A DNA stretch of 33,751 nucleotides, from NCBI GenBank assembly GCA_017610385.1, contig JAFCCC010000007.1:1-33751 (forward strand), written 5' to 3'. The notes under the pieces were generated by a model. It did not search any database, was not told the DNA's origin, and saw only the letters and a program-made list of their open reading frames with translations. How positions within the stretch are numbered: the stretch's first letter is position 1; each line of letters begins with the position of its first letter. Position numbers and translations under genes: made by a program. Positions 1-9,330 of this stretch are shown in pieces. Source of the DNA: Candidatus Nanohalarchaeota archaeon. Lineage in GTDB: Archaea; Nanohalarchaeota; Nanosalinia; Nanosalinales; JAFCCC01.

Positions 1-70
1 TATTAATTTACAATAGTCAATTGATATTTTATAAAGAATGGGGTGCTATTTTATAAAAAATAGATAAGAA

Positions 71-568
71 CTATGTTTTTTTAAATGAGAATTTTTTAAG
101 TTTATTTGGTGCAAAAACTAAAGAATAAACAATAAATCCAAACAACACCGCTAATAAAATACTTGCTGATATAATCCACCAGACCTTGCTTTTCGGCTGA
201 TTTTCAGAAGTTTTGAGTAAGCAAACTCCATTTTCACATCCAAATTCACAAGTCTCTTTTAATACAAAACTACCATTTATACATTCATTTAAACTTAATC
301 CAATACACTTTAGTTCTCCGTCTGTGCAATTTGTTATTACATCTTCATTAGAATCATTAGTTGTTGTAGTTGTTTCAGCTGTGATTTCCGTAGTTTCACT
401 ACTATTAGTAGTAACTGAAGCACCGCCACTAAGAGTAGAGCCACTAGGACTACCAGGACTTCCTGTAGTTACTGTTCCCGGTTGACCAGAAACAAAAGTA
501 ACACCCACCACTACAAAGAAAAGTAACAGTACAGTAAAAACTACAGTAATTTCAGATAGGTTTTTCAT
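71..568 (-). CDS. Membrane-anchored surface protein (signal peptide, Ser/Thr-rich linker, Cys-rich module, C-terminal TM)
   Basis: Hydrophobic N-terminus, S/T/G-rich stretch, CTDGELKC...CEFGCENGVC module, C-terminal TM followed by basic tail. Confidence 0.7.
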   Translation of the reverse strand: MKNLSEITVVFTVLLLFFVVVGVTFVSGQPGTVTTGSPGSPSGSTLSGGASVTTNSSETTEITAETTTTTNDSNEDVITNCTDGELKCIGLSLNECINGSFVLKETCEFGCENGVCLLKTSENQPKSKVWWIISASILLAVLFGFIVYSLVFAPNKLKKFSFKKT

Positions 569-806
569 TGTACTATTATGAAAACATGCCGAGACCGAGT
601 ATATAAAGATATTTATAAAGGAAATTTTGTGAAATAAAAAAATTCCAGAGCTCTTTGAAGAGTCAACGGCAGTTAAAACGCGCGTATTTAAAATAAAGGA
701 AATTTCTACATTCTTTAAAAAATTTATAGAAAATTTAGAACCTCTTTTTTATTAATTTTTTCATCATATTTGAATTATTTCAAAGAATAATTTAAGTAAT
801 TATTAA

Positions 807-1637
807 TTAACTGGAATTCAAAAATTTTCGTAGAGAGTTTTCTTTGCTTTTATGGGGAGTTAACTTAACTCTTTGGAAGTCTTTCGCAAAAACAACTTCG
901 CAGGAATTTTTTAGATTTTTTTTAAGCCACCACTCTTCTCGTTTAATAGAACCATACAACATAGCTAATCCAAAATGATGAAGAACTACTTTCTCTGGCT
1001 TGATTTTATTTATAATAGTCAAAACATCTTGTGTACTCAAATGGCCCTTCCAAGGATTGTTTTTTGGTCTAAGAACATTTATAAAAAGGATTTTGCAATC
1101 TTTAAAGAAATCGATTAGACCATCAAAATAAATTGTATCTGCAATATATCCTAATGAAAAACCTGTCTTTTTTATTTTAAAAGAAAGTGTATTTGGATCG
1201 CCATGCTTAGATTTAATAAACGAAAACTCATAATCACCAAATTTCTTTATTTCTTCATTATGAATCTCAATTACCTTTTCTAAACTCTTTAAATGATAAT
1301 TATCTATTTTTTGAGCAAAATTATAGTCTTTTTCTTTTAATCCGTGTAAGACAGTAGTATTTGTTATCAATGTGCCTTTTTTGTTGGTTGCACCAGACGT
1401 AATTGCCTCAATAATCACTTCTGCATCATTACAATGATCGATATGTGCGTGAGTAACTAAAAGTAAATTTAATTTATTTAATGGAACTTTTTGGGATAAC
1501 GCATGAACTAATGCGCCGGGGCCTGGATCTACAAGAAGTTTTAAAGAATCTAAGTCAAAATAAACTCCACCAGTCCGTCTCATTTGTTTTATTGAGCACA
1601 TTCGTCCTCCACCAGTGCCAAGAAAAAGTGCTTCCAT
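807..1637 (-). CDS. MBL-fold metallo-hydrolase
   Basis: FLGTGGGR N-terminus, VDPGPG, THAHIDH metal-binding motif, ADT and LHH motifs. Confidence 0.9.
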   Translation of the reverse strand: MEALFLGTGGGRMCSIKQMRRTGGVYFDLDSLKLLVDPGPGALVHALSQKVPLNKLNLLLVTHAHIDHCNDAEVIIEAITSGATNKKGTLITNTTVLHGLKEKDYNFAQKIDNYHLKSLEKVIEIHNEEIKKFGDYEFSFIKSKHGDPNTLSFKIKKTGFSLGYIADTIYFDGLIDFFKDCKILFINVLRPKNNPWKGHLSTQDVLTIINKIKPEKVVLHHFGLAMLYGSIKREEWWLKKNLKNSCEVVFAKDFQRVKLTPHKSKENSLRKFLNSS

Positions 1638-1722
1638 AAGTATGTTTTTATAGTTCTTTGTATAAAAATCTTCTATCTCAATAAGTACTATAAAATATAT
1701 TTAGGTGAATTTAAGCTAAGAG

Positions 1723-3402
1723 GTGATTAATTTCAAAAGAACAATCGTAACTTCTGCATTACCATACATTCATGGAATTCCGCATTTAGGAAACATTTGT
1801 GGTAGTATGCTTCCGGCAGATATTTTTCACAGATTTTTGAACCTAAAAGAAGAAGAAAATATCTTTATTTGTGGTTCAGATACTCATGGAACCCCTATTG
1901 AAATAGCGGCGCAGAGAGCAGGAATTAAACCAGAAGATTTTGCCAATAAAAATCATATTGCAGTTAAAAAAGTTTTAGAGGGTTTTAATTTGGATTTTAC
2001 ATATTATGGAAAAACTAATACTCAATTAAATAAAGAAGAAACTTACAAAATTCTAATCGGTCTATATAAAAATGGATATATTATAGAAAAAGAAGAATCG
2101 CAACCATATTGTAAGAACTGTAAAAGATTTTTAGCAGATAGGTATATTGAAGGAAGGTGTCCCTTTTGTGGTGGTCTAGCAAGAGGTGACCAATGTGATG
2201 ATTGTGGAAAATTATTAGAATCTATTGATTTAATTGATCCTGTCTGCAAATTGTGTGGTAGACGGAAAATTGAAATCAAAAAAACTAAAAACCTGTACTT
2301 ACAATTAAATAAATTCACCAAAAAATTGAAAAAGTGGATTGATGAAAAAGATCCAATTCCATTCAATAAAAAACAGGAAGTTTTAAACTTAATTAAAAAT
2401 GGATTAGTAGATCGATGTATTACTAGAGATATTTCATGGGGGTTTCCAGTTCCCGCTAAAGACTTAGGATTGAACGAAGACATCTACAAAAGTAAAGTAA
2501 TTTATGTGTGGTTTGATGCTCCAATTGGCTACATTTCAATCACTCAGGAGTATTTTAAAGAACGTGGGAAGATGTATTTGTGGGAAAGATATTGGAAAGA
2601 TAAAAACTGCAGAACAATTTATACTTTGGGGAAAGATAATACCATATTTCATTCTATAATTTTTCCAGCAATGTTAATTGGCTCTGGAGAGAATTACAAT
2701 CTACCAGATAAAGAAATGATTCATGAATATCTCCTTTCAGAGGATATTAAATTTTCTAAGAGTAGAGGAACGGGATTAGATTCTAAAAAAGCACTTAAAT
2801 TACTTCCCGCAGATTACTGGAGATTTTATTTATCGTATATGCTTCCAGAAGAACAAGATACAAAATTCTCATGGAAAGATTTAGAAAACAAAATAAATAA
2901 TGTTTTGAATGATGGGGTTGGTAATTTCGTAAATAGGACACTAACACTAACAGAAAAGTGGTATGATAATAAAATTCCGAATGCAGAATTAGGTGGGAAA
3001 GATCAGAAAATATTAGAAAAGGCAAAAGAAATAATCAAAAAATATATTGATCATTTTGAAAATTTCAGAATAAAGAAGGCGTTAGAAACCGCTTTAGAAA
3101 TTCCAAGACTAGGAGATAAATTTCTGGGGGATGAAGAACCCTGGAAAAATTTAGAAAGGAGAAATGAAGTTTTATTTGTTTGTGTAAACTTAATCAAATT
3201 GACTGCAGTTTTATTATGGCCATTCATACCCGAATCCTCCGAGAAACTCTATTCGATGCTTAATCTAAAAGATAAAATAATATTACCAAAACTAGATGGC
3301 CTGTTATTTGAATTATTAGAAGCAGGGCATAAATTAGGTAAAAAGGAAATCCTGTTCCAGAAAATTGACGCTAAAAAATTGCAAGAACAGGCGGAAAAAT
3401 AA
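1723..3402 (+). CDS. metG: Methionine--tRNA ligase (catalytic and anticodon-binding part, no C-terminal OB domain)
   Basis: TSALPY..G.PHLGN (HIGH), GSDTHG, Zn knuckles, YVWFDA, GKDN..FH, KFSKS; GTG start after GAG. Confidence 0.97.
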   Translation: MINFKRTIVTSALPYIHGIPHLGNICGSMLPADIFHRFLNLKEEENIFICGSDTHGTPIEIAAQRAGIKPEDFANKNHIAVKKVLEGFNLDFTYYGKTNTQLNKEETYKILIGLYKNGYIIEKEESQPYCKNCKRFLADRYIEGRCPFCGGLARGDQCDDCGKLLESIDLIDPVCKLCGRRKIEIKKTKNLYLQLNKFTKKLKKWIDEKDPIPFNKKQEVLNLIKNGLVDRCITRDISWGFPVPAKDLGLNEDIYKSKVIYVWFDAPIGYISITQEYFKERGKMYLWERYWKDKNCRTIYTLGKDNTIFHSIIFPAMLIGSGENYNLPDKEMIHEYLLSEDIKFSKSRGTGLDSKKALKLLPADYWRFYLSYMLPEEQDTKFSWKDLENKINNVLNDGVGNFVNRTLTLTEKWYDNKIPNAELGGKDQKILEKAKEIIKKYIDHFENFRIKKALETALEIPRLGDKFLGDEEPWKNLERRNEVLFVCVNLIKLTAVLLWPFIPESSEKLYSMLNLKDKIILPKLDGLLFELLEAGHKLGKKEILFQKIDAKKLQEQAEK

Positions 3403-3470
3403 TCTATTATCTATAATATATTTTGTTCTAACAATATGCTTTAAATAGTAAAGTATATATTTACTTCTTA

Positions 3471-4121
3471 TTGGTGAAAATAATGCCTGTATCAGGAATA
3501 CTGCCTATAGTCGTTGTAAATCAGGATTTTTTTACTGTACGCTCTGGCAAAGGAATACCTCTCACAAATTTACAGGAATGTGATGGTTGGCTACAAGGAA
3601 ATAACGGAAGGTACGCTCCTAAAAAGCCCTTAGGAAGGATTGGAGACTATAAAGTATTGTTTCCTTATGCAGAAATAAATGGAAGTGATCCAATCGCAGT
3701 TATTGGATTTTCTAAAGGATACGATATCTCACTAAGAAACCGATCTGGATATGAAGTGCGTATGTGTGATCCTTTTGAAAATAAAGTGCTTTTAGTCAGA
3801 TCGGAAAGAGATCCAGAAGGTTTTATTATAACGAAATATGTTTCTGCGGATCTCCAAGATGTAAAAAATGCATTAAAATCTTCTAAAACACCTAAAAGAG
3901 ATCTAATTAAACTATTTTCTAATGAAACAGCCATATTGGACTCTGATTTAATGATTTCTCTAACTGAGTCTCCGAAAGACGGATTAATACTAACTTCAAT
4001 TCCTGCAAGTTGGGTAGAGGAACAATATGGTTTACCAAATAGATTACGTGAAAATACCATACAAGAAATGCCTCAGGGATGGAAACCAGTATATGGATTT
4101 GGAAAATATTTTGGAAAATAG
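3471..4121 (+). CDS. Hypothetical protein (ORFan); start may be the internal ATG
   Basis: 216-aa ORF filling the gap between metG and the OB-fold gene; no recognisable motif. Confidence 0.65.
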   Translation: MVKIMPVSGILPIVVVNQDFFTVRSGKGIPLTNLQECDGWLQGNNGRYAPKKPLGRIGDYKVLFPYAEINGSDPIAVIGFSKGYDISLRNRSGYEVRMCDPFENKVLLVRSERDPEGFIITKYVSADLQDVKNALKSSKTPKRDLIKLFSNETAILDSDLMISLTESPKDGLILTSIPASWVEEQYGLPNRLRENTIQEMPQGWKPVYGFGKYFGK

Positions 4122-4170
4122 AACCATTAAAGTATTAAATAATTCTTTGTAAAACACATATTAGATTAAA

Positions 4171-4497
4171 ATGATTTCATTAAAGGAGTTTTTAAAAATA
4201 GATTTAAGAACAGCGACCATTGTTGAAGTTAAAGATCATCCTAACGCAGATAGATTATATTTGATGAAAGTTGATTTAGGTAATGAAATTAAACAATGTT
4301 GTGCAGGAATCAAGTCACATTACTCTAAAGAAGAGTTAACAGGAAAAAAGGTTGTTGTTGTCGCGAATTTGGAACCAGCAATGCTTCGAGGCGAAAAATC
4401 AGAAGTTATGTTGTTGGCGGCAGTAACAGAGAGAGATGAAGATATTGTTTTACTTCAACCAGAAAAAGAACTTTCAAATGGCGTTAAAGTTAGATAA
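4171..4497 (+). CDS. Stand-alone tRNA-binding OB-fold protein (MetRS C-terminal domain / Trbp111 / CsaA family)
   Basis: F.KIDLR...I.EV.DHPNADRL....VDLG, VVVANLEPA.LRGEKSE.MLLAA. Confidence 0.93.
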   Translation: MISLKEFLKIDLRTATIVEVKDHPNADRLYLMKVDLGNEIKQCCAGIKSHYSKEELTGKKVVVVANLEPAMLRGEKSEVMLLAAVTERDEDIVLLQPEKELSNGVKVR

Positions 4498-4530
4498 AAT
4501 TTATAAAAAATAAAGACCTTTTTATTTATC

Positions 4531-5319
4531 TTAGACTTTCATCAAAATTCTTTTTAATCCTCGAAATACAAAACTTGGTATTTCCAGTCCTTTCAAATTT
4601 TTTAAGTCTTCTTTTTTTGTATAACCCGTCATTACAAGACCCGTTTGCATGCCCATTAAATTCCCGAATTTAATATCTGTTGCAGCTCGATCTCCGATTA
4701 GTAAAGACTCACCAGGAAATATTTTGAATTCATTTAAGAAAACATGTTTTGCGTAATCACTTGGCTTTCCGATAACTTCATAATCTTTTCCAGTGGCCAT
4801 TCTAATTCCTTCTGCAATGGCCTTATCTCCAGGATAAATTTTGTCTCCAATAATCCAATATTCTCCCGTTCCAGTAACCCAATGCTTGGCACCACGTTCA
4901 ATTAATTCACATGCTTTTCCAAGCTTCCAATAATTTACATTTCTATCCAACGCAGTTAAAACATGATCACAATTATCACTTATTTTAATATTTTCTCTCC
5001 CGAGCTCTTCAATTAAACCTGATTCTCCAATTACATAAACTTTATTAATTCCCAAACGAGCGAATGTTTTCGCCGCAATGTAACTAGCAGAAATTACCTG
5101 TTCTGTCTTTGTTCTAATTCCAAAATTAGTTAATTTTTTAGCAAACCCAGCCCGAGAAAGAACAGCATTATTTGTAATATAATATACATTTATTCCTCTC
5201 TCTTTCAAAGAATCAATAGTTTCTCCGGCACCCTCAATTAAATGAGTCCATTTCCATATTGTCCCATCTAAATCAAATATAACATTTTGAATATTTTCAA
5301 GTTTATCTGTACGATTCAT
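4531..5319 (-). CDS. HAD-IIA family hydrolase (NagD-like)
   Basis: FDLDGT, ITNN, GKPS, IGDR..TDI..G motifs; start placed at ATG 5319 behind AAGGA rather than the TTG at 5346. Confidence 0.92.
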   Translation of the reverse strand: MNRTDKLENIQNVIFDLDGTIWKWTHLIEGAGETIDSLKERGINVYYITNNAVLSRAGFAKKLTNFGIRTKTEQVISASYIAAKTFARLGINKVYVIGESGLIEELGRENIKISDNCDHVLTALDRNVNYWKLGKACELIERGAKHWVTGTGEYWIIGDKIYPGDKAIAEGIRMATGKDYEVIGKPSDYAKHVFLNEFKIFPGESLLIGDRAATDIKFGNLMGMQTGLVMTGYTKKEDLKNLKGLEIPSFVFRGLKRILMKV

Positions 5320-5361
5320 TTTAATCCTTAATTGTATTCTTAACAAACTTAATAAATCTTA

Positions 5362-5454
5362 TGAATTAAACTTAGAAGAATTTGAATTAAACCTAATGGG
5401 TTGAATTAAATTTAAAATGAATTTGAAATAAGCTTAAAAGAATTTGAAATAAGT
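5362..5454. repeat. Five degenerate direct repeats with ~21-bp period in the divergent HAD/nurA intergenic region
   Basis: TGAA(T/A)TAA(A/G) cores at 5362, 5383, 5402, 5424, 5445; exact GAATTTGAAATAAG at 5419 and 5440. Confidence 0.7.
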
Positions 5455-5461
5455 AAAAATT

Positions 5462-6526
5462 ATGCAAGATTTAAATTCAATTATTAATTCGATTCAAAAA
5501 ACAGAAGAAGAAAAAAGATTATTTGCAAAATATCTTAGAGAAACAGAGTATTTTATTTCCTCTGACCGTCGAGTTCTTGAAAACAAACTTTTTGAAAAAT
5601 CAGGTATTGCTAAATTAAATGAAATTATTATTTCTGGTGTAGACGGAGGGTTAATTAAACAAGAAATGCATGGAATTGATATAATTTTAACTAGGGCAGT
5701 TGCTGCATTATTTTTATTCAAGGATGGAAAATTAAGTGCAGCGAAATATCTTCCAAGCAAAATTCCAAAGCCAGAAGTTACTGCATTGTATTCTATTGAT
5801 CGGCAAGAGTTTGAAGTTTCTAGTTCTCTTTTAAGAATAGAAAAAGAATTAAGAGTTGCAATTCTGGCGCTTGATGAAAATCCTCATATTTTGCTTATGG
5901 ATGGATCTATTGTTCCTCATCCAATGGATCAACCAGCCAAAGACTCTAAATTTATTCAATATTATGAAGAAATCATTTCGCTTTATTCTCAATTATACAA
6001 AAAAGCCATAGAAAAAAAGGTTCTTTTGGCGGGGATTGTAGAAGATTCACGAAGCAAAACTTTTTGTAAGATTTTAAAAGAACGAGTTCTGCAAAATAAA
6101 AAATTTGATTCTATATTAAATAAATGCTCAGATACAGGACTATTATATTATTTATTAAAGCAAGGAGAAAGATCATTTATTTTTCGGTATGCAAAAGATC
6201 CACAAAGAAATTCTTGCGTGAGTATGTTTCAGGAAAAGGATCAGATTTATTCTTTTTATTTAAGAACAGTAAAAGAAGATAATCCAATTAGAATAGACTT
6301 TCTAAATATAGGAAATCCATTGGAAATTGCTAAAAAAATCAGTTCTATTGTCTATCCTACTTCTACTATGAATAGGGTTTACGGAATTCCGCCTGTTTTA
6401 ATAGAAGCCGATCAAAGAGCAAAATTAAGTCCATATGACATAGAACTAGTAAAAAGGGCAATTTTTTCTAAAATTGGTCCGATTACCGCAATTAAGGAAT
6501 TAAGAAGAAAACGCAGACCATTCTAA
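5462..6526 (+). CDS. nurA: NurA-domain nuclease
   Basis: GVDGG, E.E helix, LLMDGS, LAGIVEDS, RIDF, YGIP..LIEAD..A. Confidence 0.85.
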   Translation: MQDLNSIINSIQKTEEEKRLFAKYLRETEYFISSDRRVLENKLFEKSGIAKLNEIIISGVDGGLIKQEMHGIDIILTRAVAALFLFKDGKLSAAKYLPSKIPKPEVTALYSIDRQEFEVSSSLLRIEKELRVAILALDENPHILLMDGSIVPHPMDQPAKDSKFIQYYEEIISLYSQLYKKAIEKKVLLAGIVEDSRSKTFCKILKERVLQNKKFDSILNKCSDTGLLYYLLKQGERSFIFRYAKDPQRNSCVSMFQEKDQIYSFYLRTVKEDNPIRIDFLNIGNPLEIAKKISSIVYPTSTMNRVYGIPPVLIEADQRAKLSPYDIELVKRAIFSKIGPITAIKELRRKRRPF

Positions 6527-6563
6527 CGAAAAGTAGTTAAATCAACTTGAGCAATATTGTTTC

Positions 6564-6992
6564 ATGAAAGTGTCTGAAATAATGAGCAAGAAAATAGAAA
6601 TTATTCATGAAAAAGAATCTGTTGAAACTGCTGCAAAACTTATGGTTGATGAACATATTGGTGCACTGATCATTCTTGATAAAAATGAAAAATTAGAGGG
6701 TATGATTACAGAAAGAGACATTCTAAAATTGATTGCAGCTAAGAAATCAGTTAAATGTGAGGTTAAATCAGTTATGACTCGAAAATTGATTACAATTTCT
6801 CCAGATGCGATTTTGGAAGAAGCAGCAGATCTAATGAAAGAGTATAAAATCAAAAAACTTCCAGTAGTTGAAACTGAAAGCCTGGTCGGAATTATTACTG
6901 CAACAGACCTAATTAAATATGAAGATAAATTAGTAGAAAAGTTGTCTGAGATTTTCTTATACACCAGAAAGAGACCGTTTATGGCTGGCTAA
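6564..6992 (+). CDS. CBS-domain pair protein
   Basis: MKVSEIMS, GMITERDI, VMT...ITISPD, KKLPVV, GIITATDL. Confidence 0.93.
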   Translation: MKVSEIMSKKIEIIHEKESVETAAKLMVDEHIGALIILDKNEKLEGMITERDILKLIAAKKSVKCEVKSVMTRKLITISPDAILEEAADLMKEYKIKKLPVVETESLVGIITATDLIKYEDKLVEKLSEIFLYTRKRPFMAG

Positions 6993-6995
6993 CGG

Positions 6996-7084
6996 CTAGC
7001 TCCGTTAACACGCTAGGCAGCATTCCTTCGGAAGCTACCTTCATTAAGAATTTAGTGGCTAGCGAGTTACGAGCATAACTTATT
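6996..7084. repeat. Composite hairpin element sharing modules with tRNA introns
   Basis: TAGCTCCGTTAACACG (6997-7012) is identical to 23564-23579; AGCGAGTTA (7061-7069) is the reverse complement of 30204-30212; several short stem-loops. Confidence 0.65.
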
Positions 7085-7117
7085 TCACACTATCCCAAAA
7101 ACCAGAACGTGCGGTAG

Positions 7118-7468
7118 TTATCGGGACTTAGAAATCTTATCAAGAGTTAATTCACAATTAGGCGCCATTTTAAAAAATTCTCTGAGTTTTACACAAGGGT
7201 ATTGTTCACAATAGGCACAGTTCTTAATATTTTTGCCAAGTCCGCATTTTCTTATTTCACAGGAGTATTTGCAGTGGGTGAATTTTACTCCTTCTACTGT
7301 GCATCCTGTACAATTAATTTCATCTGGTTTAATTTCTGTCTTAAATTCTTTTGACCACAGTTTAGCTGTCTCTTTTCTTTTTTCATGGTCATTGTTCTTT
7401 GTTGCAATAAATGCGGGACATTCATTACAAATTAATCCGCAAAATCCAATTATTTTTTCAGTCATCAA
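7118..7468 (-). CDS. DUF3795-like Cys-rich protein
   Basis: CGLICNECPA, C.GC, CEIRKC, NCAYC.QYPC..L pattern. Confidence 0.85.
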   Translation of the reverse strand: MMTEKIIGFCGLICNECPAFIATKNNDHEKRKETAKLWSKEFKTEIKPDEINCTGCTVEGVKFTHCKYSCEIRKCGLGKNIKNCAYCEQYPCVKLREFFKMAPNCELTLDKISKSR

Positions 7469-7631
7469 TTAAGAAATTGGTGTAAGAGAATAAAAAAGTT
7501 CGTTAAATGATTGTTAACTGAAATTGACCGCGGGGTCGCCGAATTCCACTCATATTTTGAATTTTCTTTGTATTTTAATAAAAAATATAATTTTGGAGAG
7601 GGTAAAACAACAAAAAACTTTAAACAATCTT

Positions 7632-7985
7632 TTAAGCAGAAACCGGATGATTTAATTCTACTTTTTGCGTTTCCAGTTCCTTTTGAATAAAGTAATCAGA
7701 GATTTTGCTGTCCATTTTTATTAGTTCCTGAACCAAAGAGTTTTTTTCGTTAAGCTGGTATAATTTGGCATTGGCTATTGCTCTTGTCTGCTCTACAAGG
7801 CCTATTTCCACCAATTTTGGAAATATTCTATGGAGGCTTGACCACGAAACCCCAGAGTTTTCAGAAATATCTGATAGCGTGTAGTCATATAGTCCTCTTT
7901 CAGCTAACAGGAAGTCCATAACCTTTATCATTGGCGAATTTCCAAAAACTCTTCTGAACGAGGATATGTCTTCCATACTTATCAC
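7632..7985 (-). CDS. Winged helix-turn-helix protein
   Basis: FG.SP.IKVMDFL, DYTLSDIS..SGVSW..L, L...GLV..TR.I..AKLY.LN. Confidence 0.8.
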   Translation of the reverse strand: MISMEDISSFRRVFGNSPMIKVMDFLLAERGLYDYTLSDISENSGVSWSSLHRIFPKLVEIGLVEQTRAIANAKLYQLNEKNSLVQELIKMDSKISDYFIQKELETQKVELNHPVSA

Positions 7986-8096
7986 TTCTTATTGTTAATT
8001 ATTATTATTCAAAGTATTTAAATTTAACTATTATGAATTTAATTTTTGGTATAATACCATATATAAAATATAAATACCTCTTTATAAATTATCATC

Positions 8097-8333
8097 ATGG
8101 ACGAACTCAAAATTCACATACTCAGAAAACTTTACAGACATACTTACATTGGCAGAAGGCACATAGCTATAACAGATTTACAACAGGGATTACCAAAAGA
8201 AAAGAGAATAATGAAAGACATAAAACAAGCAGTTAAGGAACTAATAAGCGAAGATTATTTGATACCTCACCACATAGACCGGGTTTCTATTAACCCAAAA
8301 ATGTTAAAGGAAGTTAAAGAGTGTGTGGAGTAA
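8097..8333 (+). CDS. Small hypothetical protein, probably wHTH-like
   Basis: ILRKL....YIG.RH....DL..GLP...IKQAVKELI...YL...RVSINP; divergent from the wHTH gene. Confidence 0.65.
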   Translation: MDELKIHILRKLYRHTYIGRRHIAITDLQQGLPKEKRIMKDIKQAVKELISEDYLIPHHIDRVSINPKMLKEVKECVE

Positions 8334-8455
8334 TATGAGGATTGCTGGGATAAAATTACATATAGCTTCGTGAATCGAATTCTAATTAGAAGTTTACAAA
8401 GTCCGAGCGCTCGGATTTTTACTTTATATTCAAATTAAACCAAGTTTGAAGTATT

Positions 8456-9307
8456 ATGAAGAGTTACTTATATGTTGTTTTAGCGACATTATGTTGGAGT
8501 TTTAGTGGGATTTTCATTAAATTAATCGCAAATTCCATTCCATTCATGACGCTTGTATGTTATAGAGCCATTTTCATGTTTTTATTTCTTTTAATTGTTT
8601 GTTCCGTAATTGACAGAAAAACTTTTAAAATCAATAAATCTGATCTTAAAAATTATGTTCTCATTGGATTTCTAATGGCATTAAGTTTGATTTTATTTAC
8701 TAGTGCGATGTATTTTGCCCCAGTTCAAAACGTAATTTTAATCACATATATGTATCCTTTTTTTGTTCTTATTTTTGCATATTTCATTCTTAAAGAAAAA
8801 ATTACAAAAACAAAAATTAGTACGCTACTGATTGCGATTACTGGTTTAGTTATTTTAAACCCTTTGCAAAGTGATTCTATGATTGGAAATTTACTTGCGT
8901 TGGGAAATGCAATTATTTGGGCCCTGTGTATGACACTAATGCGTCATGAAGATATCAATCACGGAATTGGAGATACAATGTGGTTTGGTCTATTTACATT
9001 GATTTTTGTGATACCAATGCCATTTATTTTTGGATTTGGAACTTTATCAGGAAATTTCGTTTATTTACCTGCTCTAGGAATTATTAGCTCTGGGCTCGCT
9101 ATTTTGTTATTTAATCGAGGTTTAGAAAAATTAGATGCAGAAATAACAGCTATTATGGCGTTGATTTCTGAGCCTTTATTTGCAATAATATGGGCAGCCA
9201 TTATTTTATTAGAACCATTAAATTTACGAGTAATCCTCGGTGGTACCATAGTAATTCTTTCTGGGATTTATCTACAAATGCATTCGAGAAAATTAAAAAT
9301 AAGTTGA
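8456..9307 (+). CDS. DMT/EamA family transporter
   Basis: About 10 TM helices, two EamA repeats, P.FV...A..ILKEKI and EPLFA...A...L.E motifs. Confidence 0.92.
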   Translation: MKSYLYVVLATLCWSFSGIFIKLIANSIPFMTLVCYRAIFMFLFLLIVCSVIDRKTFKINKSDLKNYVLIGFLMALSLILFTSAMYFAPVQNVILITYMYPFFVLIFAYFILKEKITKTKISTLLIAITGLVILNPLQSDSMIGNLLALGNAIIWALCMTLMRHEDINHGIGDTMWFGLFTLIFVIPMPFIFGFGTLSGNFVYLPALGIISSGLAILLFNRGLEKLDAEITAIMALISEPLFAIIWAAIILLEPLNLRVILGGTIVILSGIYLQMHSRKLKIS

Positions 9308-9308
9308 G

Positions 9309-9330
9309 AGGTCGATTCTTAGGCCGACCT
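9309..9330. terminator. Inverted repeat between convergent genes, possible bidirectional terminator
   Basis: AGGTCG (9309-9314) ... CGACCT (9325-9330) spanning the short gap between two stop codons. Confidence 0.4.

Noticed and set aside
569-806. AT-rich intergenic region with ACGCGCGT palindrome and GAAATTT repeats
   Set aside because: Repeats are too short and AT-rich to separate from background.
7526-7550. GC-rich patch GACCGCGGGGTC as a tRNA fragment or att site
   Set aside because: Only a short stem; no convincing match to tRNA ends in the window.
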